Positions 48,167 to 57,928 of a stretch of DNA of 64,000 nt are shown piece by piece. The notes beneath the pieces were generated by a model that was not told the DNA's origin, made no database searches, and saw nothing but the letters and a program-made list of their open reading frames with translations. A program made the translations under genes and the position numbers. The DNA is from a virus: IMG/VR virus record IMGVR_UViG_3300020220_004906, positions 1 to 64,000 of that record; one strand, 5' to 3'. How positions within the stretch are numbered: position 1 is the stretch's first letter; each line of letters begins with the position of its first letter.

Positions 48167-49246
48167 TTAAATGCTCTTTTTTTCCTTCTTGCTCTGTGCT
48201 TCATCTGCTTGTTTTATTTCTGTTTTTTTAACGTTTTGATAATCGTTCATTATCATTGTTAATTTATCTCCGTCCCAGTCTTTCCTATATTCTAGATGTT
48301 CTTTGCCTTTGCTATCCACGTATTTCAATCTGTTGCCTGACTGCACCAACACTCCTTGTTTCTCATAAAGATCAACCAATCCAGAATATGGATCCATGCC
48401 CGTGTCATATGGAATCTTAACCTGTACGCTCTCGAAAGGCTTGGCGTATCTGGTTTTCATGACCTTGCATGCTGCTCTTATACCCCTCACTTCTGAGATT
48501 TTATTACCGGCTTCGTCTTCTTTTAATTTTAATTTTTTCATTGCTATCACGATTGAAGAAGCATAGATAAATCCCTGCCCTCCAGATATCTTGTCATCGG
48601 GATCAAACATATCTTGAGAAGCGTACGTGTGATTGGTTGCGACCAATCCCACATTGTAAGAGCCAAACATGTTCACACAGTTTCTGACCAGTGCTGTAAG
48701 GGCCTTGGGCTTTCTGCCCAAGTCACCTTTCATCTCTCCTGCCTCAAATTGATTTACATCTGTGGGGGTCAATAACATTCCCAAAGAATCTATCACAAAT
48801 AGTATCTTGGGTGCGGTCTGTTTGTTATCCAGGTTCTCTTCTTTATAACCTTTCATGAACTCAGATATTGTTTTTGCCACATCATCCACCATGGAAAGAC
48901 TCAACTTCAATAATTTCTTTTCATCTGTGTCCACGTCCAGTGCCTGCAACCAAGATTCGTCCAATGCGTTCTCTGTATCAATCAGAATGACGTATATACC
49001 TTGTGCCTGTGCATTTTTGACTATGTTGCCAGACGCTATGTATGATTTGCCTGACCCAGGTTCGCCCGCAAACACAGTGACTTTGCCTAGAGGTATTCCT
49101 TTTTTAAAATCTCCTGACATCAAATAGTTCAATGCGTAGTTGCCTGTGGAAATCCAATCTGTGGGATCATTGAATCCTAACCCCAACCCTTGTATTGATT
49201 TGGTAATGCTTTTTCTGAATTTTGTAACGTCGAATACTTTTGTCAT
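48167..49246 (-). CDS. uvsX: RecA/UvsX recombinase
   Basis: STGNYALN, GEPGSGKS, IDTENA, DSLGML, NHTY, GG.G..YASS. Confidence 0.93.
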   Translation of the reverse strand: MTKVFDVTKFRKSITKSIQGLGLGFNDPTDWISTGNYALNYLMSGDFKKGIPLGKVTVFAGEPGSGKSYIASGNIVKNAQAQGIYVILIDTENALDESWLQALDVDTDEKKLLKLSLSMVDDVAKTISEFMKGYKEENLDNKQTAPKILFVIDSLGMLLTPTDVNQFEAGEMKGDLGRKPKALTALVRNCVNMFGSYNVGLVATNHTYASQDMFDPDDKISGGQGFIYASSIVIAMKKLKLKEDEAGNKISEVRGIRAACKVMKTRYAKPFESVQVKIPYDTGMDPYSGLVDLYEKQGVLVQSGNRLKYVDSKGKEHLEYRKDWDGDKLTMIMNDYQNVKKTEIKQADEAQSKKEKKSI

Positions 49247-49264
49247 TTTTATTCCTATGTTCTT

Positions 49265-49293
49265 ATTTTAACACTAATTGGCTCCAGTGTCAA
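49265..49293 (-). promoter_or_regulatory. Sigma70-type promoter of uvsX embedded in an inverted repeat
   Basis: TTGACA (49293-49288)-17 nt-TAAAAT (49270-49265). Confidence 0.7.
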
Positions 49294-49319
49294 TGCTGGA
49301 GCCAAAAGGGAAATTAGTG

Positions 49320-50291
49320 TTATTTGCTTTGTCTTGATCTGATCAGTTTCAAGATATCTTCAGCTCTCTTGGCGCTGTCAGTGGATGGTTGAGGTGCTGC
49401 CGCAACAGGAGCCGCTTTTACCGGTTCCGCTTTGGTTGCCAACACTTCTTCATCGACCGTGGCTGTTACTGATGCTGATCCGTTTGCAGAACCATTTGCC
49501 GTAGCTGATACTCCGGCTGGCCTGAAATACTGACCATATTTTTCCAGATCATATGCCTCGCCTTCCACAGATCTCTCAAATAATTCTTTGATTATTTTTA
49601 TCTCCGCATCGGTAGGCTTCTTGGGTCTGAAGTCTGAGAGATTGAACAATCCAAACTTATCAATCGCTGCTCGTTCCGCCTCATCCAGGGCTCTTTCTCT
49701 TCTGCTCCATTTTGAAGTGGAATAGTCAGCGTATCCGCCTTTGGATGTCTTGGTTATCCTAAAATCCACACCTCTCACGTAATCAGTTGGCAATTCTTCC
49801 ATCTCTGGATCTAGCAATGCAGATCTGATTATGTTGAAAATTTGTGGACCAATGATGAATCTTCTGATAGGATTCTCAGAGGCCTTATCATCGGTTAAGG
49901 GATTTTGTAGAACAAAACCTTGGAATATGTAACTTTTCTTTTTCCAATATTTTCTGCCCATGTCTTCCATTGACTTGTCCTTGAACCAGGGTCGAACTTC
50001 CGTAAGGACCGGGCAAGTTTCTCCATACATCTCCATGCATGGTACCTGTACCTGCACTGGTCTCGAATCCGACTGTCCCTTGATCCCAGCGAAAGGCAAT
50101 TTGATCATTGCTCTTTCTGTCCAGAAGAAAGTGTTACCGGTATCCTTGTCAGGCAAGAAACGAACTACTGCTTCTTGATTTTCCTGTATGTTCCAGTGTG
50201 GGTAGATGGCGTTGTCGCCGCCGGTTGATGAAGTGGAGCGATTCACTTCTTGAGATTTTAACCTCGCTCTTATTTCAGCTAGTGTAGCCAT
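49320..50291 (-). CDS. Single-stranded DNA-binding protein (T4 gp32-like)
   Basis: VRFLPD, PC.EM.G..CP, YW.K.SY, G.DF.I.K..KGGYADYS.S; AAGGAGG RBS. Confidence 0.88.
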   Translation of the reverse strand: MATLAEIRARLKSQEVNRSTSSTGGDNAIYPHWNIQENQEAVVRFLPDKDTGNTFFWTERAMIKLPFAGIKGQSDSRPVQVQVPCMEMYGETCPVLTEVRPWFKDKSMEDMGRKYWKKKSYIFQGFVLQNPLTDDKASENPIRRFIIGPQIFNIIRSALLDPEMEELPTDYVRGVDFRITKTSKGGYADYSTSKWSRRERALDEAERAAIDKFGLFNLSDFRPKKPTDAEIKIIKELFERSVEGEAYDLEKYGQYFRPAGVSATANGSANGSASVTATVDEEVLATKAEPVKAAPVAAAPQPSTDSAKRAEDILKLIRSRQSK

Positions 50292-50401
50292 AATGTAAGC
50301 CTCCTTGTGTGCCTATGTTTGTTTTGTTTGCCTAAATGTACATTAGACATAAAGAATAATATACACAGTTATTTATCTGTTGTCTATGGTGAAATTTGGT
50401 A

Positions 50402-52945
50402 TTATATACCGGATAACTTTTTAATGATTGCCAATTCGTCTTCTTTTACCGACTCGTTGGCGCTGGCAACGTTTTCTGCGGCAAAATCAAAATCTTCCAA
50501 TTGCATGCCGGCCAATTCTATGGCGTCCTTCAATGAGTATTCCTTGTCGCCAACCTTGAACTTGTCGCCGGGTTTCATGCCTGCTGCCTTGGCCTTCTGC
50601 ACTGCCAGGGCGAACTCATTGCCCTCGGTCTTGGCACCTTGCTTGGCTTTTTCGTCACTATACTGTTTTGAAATAGTTGCGTATTCTTGTGGTTTTAAGT
50701 CAGTTACTTCTTTGTTGTGTGTCTTTTTCAACCAATCACGAAATTTATATTCAGCATCAATCTGGCCCTTGTATTCATTCTTCACCGATTCTATCAATCC
50801 CAAATCGGCCAATCTGGTTGTTATCCAATTTATAGGATCTCCATCTTTGGCGTTTGAAGTGCCATAGGGCATGTCTCCAGAATTTACATAATAATCCAAC
50901 AAATCTGAATACAATTCTTTGTGCTTGTATAGATCGTCTCCTGATTTAAATTGCTTATAAGCATTTTGATGTTTATTCAATATCTGCTGCACATCTTCTA
51001 TTTCGTCAGGTTCTTCCGCGTAGTCTCGAAACTGCGGGCTCATGCCCACGTCTGCTGGCTCATCTCTCTCTTTCACTGTGTCGGATACTTCCGCCATGGC
51101 CGGTTCTTTTGCCTTCATGAAATCTTTCTCGTTGGCCGTGACCGCATTGGTCAGCGCGCTGTGCTCCGCCGGGCTGTAGTAATTTTTTGCCGCCGGCATT
51201 GCCAGCATTTTCAACACATAATCTCTCACTGTCTCCCTGGCGCAGGCGTCTGGACCTTCCTTGTCTGCTAGGTCACCCAGCTGATCAAATAGATCATCAT
51301 CATCAAAACCCAAACCCTGCAGTGTTGATACTGCATTTACGGCTTCGGTGCCCACTGGGAAATGTTTGCTCATTAGATCCTTCACTTTTATGAAGTCCTT
51401 GCCTGCATGGTCCTCGTCCGGCAGTGAGCTGATGCCCTCATTGACCTTTGCCTCTATTCTGTTGGTCCAGTTCTCGAAAGGCTGTGCCAAATCTTCCTTG
51501 GCCTTGCCCTGCCTGTCTTTTTTTGGCATGAACTTGCTGGGGTCCTGTCTCACTTCGTCCCTGTAGATTGGATCTTGCTGCATCTTCTTGTAGTCATCGA
51601 TATATCTCTTGGCCAGTTGTATGGCGATTTTTTTATTTTTCGTGTAGTTGGCATCGGGCTTGAAGAACAGCGAGCCCTCGTTGCCCATGTCGTCGGCCAC
51701 CTGGCTGGCGAAGTTGGCTATCCTGTCTTCTTCATCGTTCCTGGTCAACATTCTCGAAGCTATGTCAGACAGTATGGAGCTCAACATGCTGTTCTTATTT
51801 GTAAATTTAGTCAATGACAGCATCTTATCGGCTGCGGGATCCGCCCTTAGCACTAATTTTTTTTCTGGATTGGCAAGGAATGACTGCACCATCGCAGATT
51901 GATCCACTGGAGTGGACATCTCAGCATCTCGGTCATCATACTCTTTCATGATTGAATGGATCAATGGTAGAGCTGATTCTATTTTATTATCAAGATGCCT
52001 CAACGTAAATTTTTCTCTTAGACTGTTTCTGGTAGCATCATCTAACTCAGCTATTGTGGTGGGTTGGAAACTTTCTTTGGCTTTCATGTAGTGACTTTGT
52101 TTGCTTAAATTTTTTACATAACTTCTCATGTTTTCTAATTTAAGTTTACAGTTTTCTATGATGTCACCCACTGAATTATTCAACTGATCTTTGTGAGAGG
52201 CATATCGGGCAAAGCTATTAAGTTGTGCTATCTGTTCGCTCATCTTTATTATATGTTTGCCAAAATCATCGTGAGGTACACCTCCATTAGCTACATGTCT
52301 GGCCATTGCCCTTGCACCTGCCAGATGTTTCATTGGATACTTGAATCTTTCTCCCTGCTCATTTTCTACATATAGGCTGTTAATCTGTCTGCTTCTTGAG
52401 CCTGGAACATTTTCGTCAACTGCTTGTGAGTGTCTTATGATCAATCTAGTTTTATCTGTATTTTCGTATGAAGACTTTTTGGTTCCTGTGAGACCTTCTG
52501 CAACCGGAATTCCAGCTAGTTCTGTTAATCTGCTTAGTTCTTCTGACATATTATCACTTATATTTACCGTTTGATTCACATCTGCGAGATTCTTAAAATC
52601 TTGTTGTGTAAGGCCGCTTTTTGTGATATCTCGCACGTCAAAAGTCACCTGGTGTTGAACTGCGAAATCTTTGAGTTCTTTTAAAAAACTGTACCAATTC
52701 GCTTTGGCTTCGTCGTCTATCTTTTCAACCAATCCTCGATTGTAAAAAACTTTCATATTTTCACCATCGGCCAAACTGATGCTCACTCTACCAAAATTAT
52801 CAGAATTTTCACTGAATTCAAAGTCGAAAAATACAGCTGATTTAGGATCAGCTGTGACGTTGCCCTCGCTGTCCCCTAGTTTTATATTAGAGAACTTGCT
52901 GCGGATTTTGTTGAATAAGTCCTGTGATGTTTTGGGCTTGATCAT
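50402..52945 (-). CDS. Large hypothetical protein, likely head/core (virion) protein
   Basis: 847 aa; TAAATA box; next to terminase; repeated L..L[AS]G motifs. Confidence 0.65.
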   Translation of the reverse strand: MIKPKTSQDLFNKIRSKFSNIKLGDSEGNVTADPKSAVFFDFEFSENSDNFGRVSISLADGENMKVFYNRGLVEKIDDEAKANWYSFLKELKDFAVQHQVTFDVRDITKSGLTQQDFKNLADVNQTVNISDNMSEELSRLTELAGIPVAEGLTGTKKSSYENTDKTRLIIRHSQAVDENVPGSRSRQINSLYVENEQGERFKYPMKHLAGARAMARHVANGGVPHDDFGKHIIKMSEQIAQLNSFARYASHKDQLNNSVGDIIENCKLKLENMRSYVKNLSKQSHYMKAKESFQPTTIAELDDATRNSLREKFTLRHLDNKIESALPLIHSIMKEYDDRDAEMSTPVDQSAMVQSFLANPEKKLVLRADPAADKMLSLTKFTNKNSMLSSILSDIASRMLTRNDEEDRIANFASQVADDMGNEGSLFFKPDANYTKNKKIAIQLAKRYIDDYKKMQQDPIYRDEVRQDPSKFMPKKDRQGKAKEDLAQPFENWTNRIEAKVNEGISSLPDEDHAGKDFIKVKDLMSKHFPVGTEAVNAVSTLQGLGFDDDDLFDQLGDLADKEGPDACARETVRDYVLKMLAMPAAKNYYSPAEHSALTNAVTANEKDFMKAKEPAMAEVSDTVKERDEPADVGMSPQFRDYAEEPDEIEDVQQILNKHQNAYKQFKSGDDLYKHKELYSDLLDYYVNSGDMPYGTSNAKDGDPINWITTRLADLGLIESVKNEYKGQIDAEYKFRDWLKKTHNKEVTDLKPQEYATISKQYSDEKAKQGAKTEGNEFALAVQKAKAAGMKPGDKFKVGDKEYSLKDAIELAGMQLEDFDFAAENVASANESVKEDELAIIKKLSGI

Positions 52946-52955
52946 ACTGTATTTA

Positions 52956-54551
52956 TTATGAACCTAGGTTGGCAAATATGGGCATCGGCGCAGTCCATTC
53001 TGTGGTTCTGTCGGTCCATCTTTCAAATATTTTAGGGTCGAATGTGGCCAATACCTGCATCATGCGGGTCATCAGCAAGCATGCACTTACCAAGTCATCA
53101 TGCTGGCCTGGCTTGCCTTTGTAGGACACGCCCGTGGCCACGAAGTCTTTTAATTCGGATATCAGTGGCTTGCTGTTGAGTTTCATCTTATTTAATTCTA
53201 CCAATTCCTTGAACTTGGCGCAGGCCGCTATCTTGTGTTTAGCGGTAGTGTTAAAACCTCTTCTGAACTTTCTTCGATGCCCTTTTCTGATAGGTTCGCT
53301 GATGAACTGTCCATGTATGTTCTCCTCACCAATGTCCATCACTCTTAAGAGTGCTGCTTCTCCCAACGTGTTATTTTCCATGCTGTAGAAAATGCTGGGT
53401 GTCGTGGTGGGGCTTTTTTCAATGATGGTGTCATAGATGTGCTTGGTGATTGCCTGTAATATTCTTACCTGTTGATTGGCCGGCGTGGTGTTATGATGCC
53501 ATTCCGCCACCTGCTCGAACGTGGGCAGCTCGAATACCTGAATCGCAGCGAAATCTCCACCGGTGCCCAGGCTGGGATCCAACGCCACCATGTAGGTGTT
53601 GCCCGGCGTTGGCGTCTTCCACCAACGCACCTGACCCATATTGATCAGGGGATCTCGTCCTTCCAGCTCTGCTAATCTAATACTGGAGATTAATGTTTCG
53701 TCAAAGATCAAGAACTCGCACTCGTGTTCTCTTCTGAATCTCTCCTCTCCGATTCTGCTTCTTTCCGTCTCAGCCCATTTCTCGTCTCTGTCAGGATGCT
53801 CGCTCCAGTGGGCCTTCATTGCGTAAAAACCATTGGTGCCCACGACCTTGTCAACGCCGTAGTCATCAAATCTCTTGCAGGCCTCTTTCCAGATCAATGC
53901 AAATTGATCTTCATCGGAGTTTGGGGTTGAAGTTATAAGGCACTTACCACCTGTGGACAATGTAGGAGATAATGATGTCCAAAACTCCTTGGCCTTTTCT
54001 GGCGGTTGCACGAAAGCGAACTCGTCGCAATAGATAAGAGACAAGGACATACCTCTGCCGGTGTTTTCTGTTGTGGTGGTGGCCATTATCTTGGAGCCGT
54101 TGTCAAACTCTATGGAGTTTCTATTGTATTGTGTTACTCCCGCCTTTATCCATGATGGCAATAGCTCGTAGGCATAGCGTACCCTGCTCATGATGTCCGA
54201 TGCACCTTGATACTTGTGAGCGGCTATTAGTATTTGTGAATCAGGTTTGAACATAGCATACCATAACAGATAGCCCGAAGCGCAGGTGGTCTTTCCGGTC
54301 TGTCTTGGCAGCATGGCTATGCTGAACCTGTGGTTGTTATAAGCTTCTACCAATCTCTCCTGGAACGGATAGGGATCAAATTTCAATTCTCCTCTTGTGG
54401 GGTGCTGTATTCGCATGAATTCCCGCATGAAGAAAAGCGGTCCACTTCTGAGATCCATGCACTTTTCCAGTCTTATCACTTGATCAGCTGTGTACTTGTG
54501 TTTTTTGTGTGCCTTTTTTATTTGGTCACTATCTAACGATATGTATGCCAT
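52956..54551 (-). CDS. terL: Terminase large subunit (T4 gp17-like)
   Basis: PRQTGKT, RG.S, DEFAFV, STPN; nuclease DPS.G.GGD, ENN, HDDLV. Confidence 0.95.
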   Translation of the reverse strand: MAYISLDSDQIKKAHKKHKYTADQVIRLEKCMDLRSGPLFFMREFMRIQHPTRGELKFDPYPFQERLVEAYNNHRFSIAMLPRQTGKTTCASGYLLWYAMFKPDSQILIAAHKYQGASDIMSRVRYAYELLPSWIKAGVTQYNRNSIEFDNGSKIMATTTTENTGRGMSLSLIYCDEFAFVQPPEKAKEFWTSLSPTLSTGGKCLITSTPNSDEDQFALIWKEACKRFDDYGVDKVVGTNGFYAMKAHWSEHPDRDEKWAETERSRIGEERFRREHECEFLIFDETLISSIRLAELEGRDPLINMGQVRWWKTPTPGNTYMVALDPSLGTGGDFAAIQVFELPTFEQVAEWHHNTTPANQQVRILQAITKHIYDTIIEKSPTTTPSIFYSMENNTLGEAALLRVMDIGEENIHGQFISEPIRKGHRRKFRRGFNTTAKHKIAACAKFKELVELNKMKLNSKPLISELKDFVATGVSYKGKPGQHDDLVSACLLMTRMMQVLATFDPKIFERWTDRTTEWTAPMPIFANLGS

Positions 54552-54556
54552 GGCTA

Positions 54557-54820
54557 TTATTTAAGTTTGAACCAATCTGTGGCGTTGGTATATGAAGTGG
54601 CACCAAAGCGGTCCATATGACCCACTTCCAGGCTGTGTATCACTGCTTCGATGTAGTCGTTCCAGTAGTCCACGAACTGCTTCATCCTAGGGTATCTGGG
54701 CGGCACGTCCAGGGTCTGCCACCAGAACTCCTGCAGTATGTTTTGATAGTCCGGCATCTTATAAACCACCTTGATGGAGGTGTATCTCAGCCCGTCAGAA
54801 TATCGTCCAAAGAATTCCAT
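54557..54820 (-). CDS. usg: Usg-family protein
   Basis: Y.MPD...LQ.F.WQ..D..P..P....F...W...IE...HS..V, matching the alphaproteobacterial Usg pattern. Confidence 0.75.
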   Translation of the reverse strand: MEFFGRYSDGLRYTSIKVVYKMPDYQNILQEFWWQTLDVPPRYPRMKQFVDYWNDYIEAVIHSLEVGHMDRFGATSYTNATDWFKLK

Positions 54821-54875
54821 AAAAATATTTAGTGGGGTCTATAATGGAATTAAACCTGGTGTTATTGGCCCCGGG

Positions 54876-55943
54876 CTACTTCTTCGCCTGCTCTTTGTCC
54901 TTCAGCGCTTTTGTCATGGGCTCGGACTTGTTGCCATCCTTGTCCACGTCCAAGAAATCTGGTTTCGAGTTGGCCGCTTCCTGATAGGTCTTCTTGAAAC
55001 TCTCGTACTGCGCTCTAAGGCTGTTTGACAGTTCCTCTTCTGAGATCTCAGATTCTCCCATCTTGATGGACATGGGATTGTCTCCACCGGCCGCCTTGAT
55101 GTAGGCGCCTTTTGCTCTGTGCAGATCAGTGCCGCTTGGCACCACTGCTTTCACATCGCTGTATTTTTCTTTTGGCGTGTTTGCGAACGCCTCGTCGGCC
55201 TGCGCATCTGTTGGCACTTCTTTCGGAGCTTCAGGCTGATTGATCATGTCTTGTCCAACTGGTCTTACTCCTGCCAATTTCAGCAACTGCATCATCATGC
55301 TGGCTTCTTCTGGTGAATCAGTGGCTATCATGATTGACTCGTTCATCTTATCTTTCTTCATTTTCTTCTCCTCATGTGTTATGCCCAACTGCTTTTCTAT
55401 CTTTTCGATCTCTTCTTCCGTTTCTGAAGGATCACCTGCATAGGCGTTGGCCATTTGTGCATTGTATTTGTCTTTCAAGTCGCTCAATTTTTTCTTTAGG
55501 TCAACATTAGCAGCGTCCGCCTCGGCCATCGCCACTCCTGCCGCTGACATGAATCTTTGCATGTCGAACCTCGGATTGCTCTTGGCCATCACGCCCGCTA
55601 TCATCTCTGCTGTCTCTTTGCGCTTGATTGGGTCCTCGATCTGTTTAATTGTGTCGGCGAACAGCTGAAAGTGCTGTCGCGTCATGGTCTCGTCGATCTC
55701 GCCTTCATTTTTCTCTATCGACTTCGCGATGTCATGCGCTTTCTCAATGGTGGATTTTTTTAGTGGTGGAGTGTCTCCTGTGGATTTCATGGCCTGCGCC
55801 ATTCCGATCGCATACGGGCTCTGTGTTTTCTCTGCTACTGGTCCGTTTGCTTTCTCCACATTGCTTATGGCGTCCTTGACATCAATTGATGGATTGCTTT
55901 CCTGAATCTGTCTAAGTCTAGATAAGATATCGATCATGTCCAT
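54876..55943 (-). CDS. Hypothetical protein, likely internal head protein
   Basis: Charged modular protein; C-terminal DVDKDGN (EF-hand-like loop); LLKLAG. Confidence 0.6.
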   Translation of the reverse strand: MDMIDILSRLRQIQESNPSIDVKDAISNVEKANGPVAEKTQSPYAIGMAQAMKSTGDTPPLKKSTIEKAHDIAKSIEKNEGEIDETMTRQHFQLFADTIKQIEDPIKRKETAEMIAGVMAKSNPRFDMQRFMSAAGVAMAEADAANVDLKKKLSDLKDKYNAQMANAYAGDPSETEEEIEKIEKQLGITHEEKKMKKDKMNESIMIATDSPEEASMMMQLLKLAGVRPVGQDMINQPEAPKEVPTDAQADEAFANTPKEKYSDVKAVVPSGTDLHRAKGAYIKAAGGDNPMSIKMGESEISEEELSNSLRAQYESFKKTYQEAANSKPDFLDVDKDGNKSEPMTKALKDKEQAKK

Positions 55944-55947
55944 AAAA

Positions 55948-56574
55948 TTATTTTCCTGCTGGATCTGGGTTGCCTTTTACTGGCCCTTTATGAGCTGCTT
56001 TGATCGGAGATCCAGAATTTTTTTTATCCACTTCATTTTTCATCACTTCCTGTTCCACTTTAGGTTTTTCAGCAAATTCCGTTTGTTTTCTGGCTTTGAG
56101 TAATTCTTTTAATAAACTTTGATTGGCCCGATCCCCATACACCTCATCCGCTTTGACTTTTGGAGCATCTTTGTATTCTATATCATGTAACATAGACTTA
56201 TATTCAGATTTTTTTTCCGCCCTGGCCTTTATTTCTTCCTGGTATTCCTCTGTTGGCTCTCCCGGTTTTCTAATTACGATTTGGTTGTCATGTAAACGCA
56301 TGCTGTCAGCTATCAATGCTCTCATTTCAAATACTGATGCCGGGTACAGGGTGGTCAATTCAAAAATTGTTACTGCTTGATTTTTGATATGGGAAAAATC
56401 CAATGGCACTTCCTGTATTGGGGTTTTTTTACCTTTTGACAGAGACTTTACTTCATATTTTCGCAGTGCTGTTTCCAATTTAGAGCCAAAATCTTCGCTT
56501 ATATCACCAGCTATTTTAATTTTGTAGTGATATTCCTTCGTCGATTCTGCTAGATATTGTTTAAAGTTTGTCAT
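55948..56574 (-). CDS. Hypothetical virion protein
   Basis: N-terminal FKQYLAE, resembling T4-type processed head-protein leaders; TAAATA box. Confidence 0.6.
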   Translation of the reverse strand: MTNFKQYLAESTKEYHYKIKIAGDISEDFGSKLETALRKYEVKSLSKGKKTPIQEVPLDFSHIKNQAVTIFELTTLYPASVFEMRALIADSMRLHDNQIVIRKPGEPTEEYQEEIKARAEKKSEYKSMLHDIEYKDAPKVKADEVYGDRANQSLLKELLKARKQTEFAEKPKVEQEVMKNEVDKKNSGSPIKAAHKGPVKGNPDPAGK

Positions 56575-56584
56575 AATGCTGTAT

Positions 56585-57106
56585 TTAGTCTTTCTTCAGC
56601 AGTTTCTTCATCAACTCATTGCGGTCGCTTATTATCATGCCCTCACTTTCAATCGGTTCGCTGATGTCGTCCGAGCCGCTTTTGTCAATTTTGAGTTTTT
56701 TCAGCTGTAATTCCACCATGTGTAATTTTTTATCGATTTTTTGTGATTTTGCATCTATAGCATTGCGCAACATTGAACTTGCCACTTCAAAAATACGTCC
56801 TGAATATCTGCTGTCCACGTTCATGCCCAGATCCATGAGATTTTTATAGCTCTCTTCGGCCTCCATGGCCAGCTTATCCAGCTCGAGATCGCTTAATTCG
56901 CCCAAACCCTTGACCTGCGGTAATGCTGCCGCAATTTTATCGAATTCTTGATAGGTTTTTTCCAAGGCCTTTGCTGTCTGGGGATCAACATTTTTAGGAA
57001 TAGTGTGTCTTTCCTTGTCTTCGCGTGATTTTTCCTTGGCATCCACCTTTGCGAATGCTTCTTTTACATTTGGTAAATTGAGTATATCTTCCAGCTTGCG
57101 TGTCAT
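56585..57106 (-). CDS. Probable terminase small subunit (T4 gp16-like)
   Basis: Helical; R..EVA..ML, coiled coil, C-terminal ..RNEL.K.L; packaging context. Confidence 0.55.
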   Translation of the reverse strand: MTRKLEDILNLPNVKEAFAKVDAKEKSREDKERHTIPKNVDPQTAKALEKTYQEFDKIAAALPQVKGLGELSDLELDKLAMEAEESYKNLMDLGMNVDSRYSGRIFEVASSMLRNAIDAKSQKIDKKLHMVELQLKKLKIDKSGSDDISEPIESEGMIISDRNELMKKLLKKD

Positions 57107-57115
57107 TTAAGATAT

Positions 57116-57550
57116 TTACTTGCGTTTCCCTTGATGGAATAATTGTTCCTCGCTCAGAACCCGAAAGGTTATCCTATTTTGCTTCGCATACGCAGAGGCA
57201 GCCTCCCATTTGGCTCGATTAATCACAACTTGTGTCTGTCTTCCAGTGCTCTTACCAGCCCGTTCCATGGTGGCTTGATTCATTGGTTTGACTTCTACCA
57301 ACTCTGCGTGCTTGTTGCCGTTTTTATCAACATATACTAGAAAGAAGTCTGGCACATAGATGGTGTATTTGCCAGTCAAAGGATGGCGATAAGGTATCTT
57401 TATGGATTCGCTTGCCCACTGGTAGACATTTGGGTGCTCATCACACAGTCGCATGAAAGAGTGTTCCCAACCACTCCTATACGTTGGAGCTTTTGTTCCC
57501 ACGTACTTGGCAGGATTCTTCATCAAGAATTTTCCTTTGGCGAATTTCAT
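57116..57550 (-). CDS. Head completion nuclease (T4 gp4 / TnsA-like)
   Basis: NP.KY.G, YRS.WE, WASE...IPY, Y.PDF, EVKP, N.AKW.AA. Confidence 0.88.
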   Translation of the reverse strand: MKFAKGKFLMKNPAKYVGTKAPTYRSGWEHSFMRLCDEHPNVYQWASESIKIPYRHPLTGKYTIYVPDFFLVYVDKNGNKHAELVEVKPMNQATMERAGKSTGRQTQVVINRAKWEAASAYAKQNRITFRVLSEEQLFHQGKRK

Positions 57551-57928
57551 CTATGCTTTGATGTTTCTGGATACGATATCTCTGCTAGTTCTGCTATTCC
57601 TTACTCCCAATCGACTGCTCTTGTATCTATTGGCATTCAAAACCACTGTGAGCAGTTCATTCAATTGGGCTGAGTCGGCCCTTGTTAAGATATCTAGCAT
57701 TTGTGCCACTGGAATAGAATCTATCTTGGCCTGTTGTAAGATTACGTAAGCAGTCTCTTCCGCTGGTTGTCGGTCAAATCCTCTTTTGACAAAAAAACCT
57801 ACAGCGATATCATAATCATTGGTGCTGAATTCAAATGGCTCAACATACTGTGCCTTAGTAAGATCGTCGATGGTTTTTTGCAATCTATCTTTTTCTTTTT
57901 GTGGTAGGTTGGTGTAGAATTCTGCCAT
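57551..57928 (-). CDS. Hypothetical protein
   Basis: 125 aa within the structural operon. Confidence 0.65.
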   Translation of the reverse strand: MAEFYTNLPQKEKDRLQKTIDDLTKAQYVEPFEFSTNDYDIAVGFFVKRGFDRQPAEETAYVILQQAKIDSIPVAQMLDILTRADSAQLNELLTVVLNANRYKSSRLGVRNSRTSRDIVSRNIKA

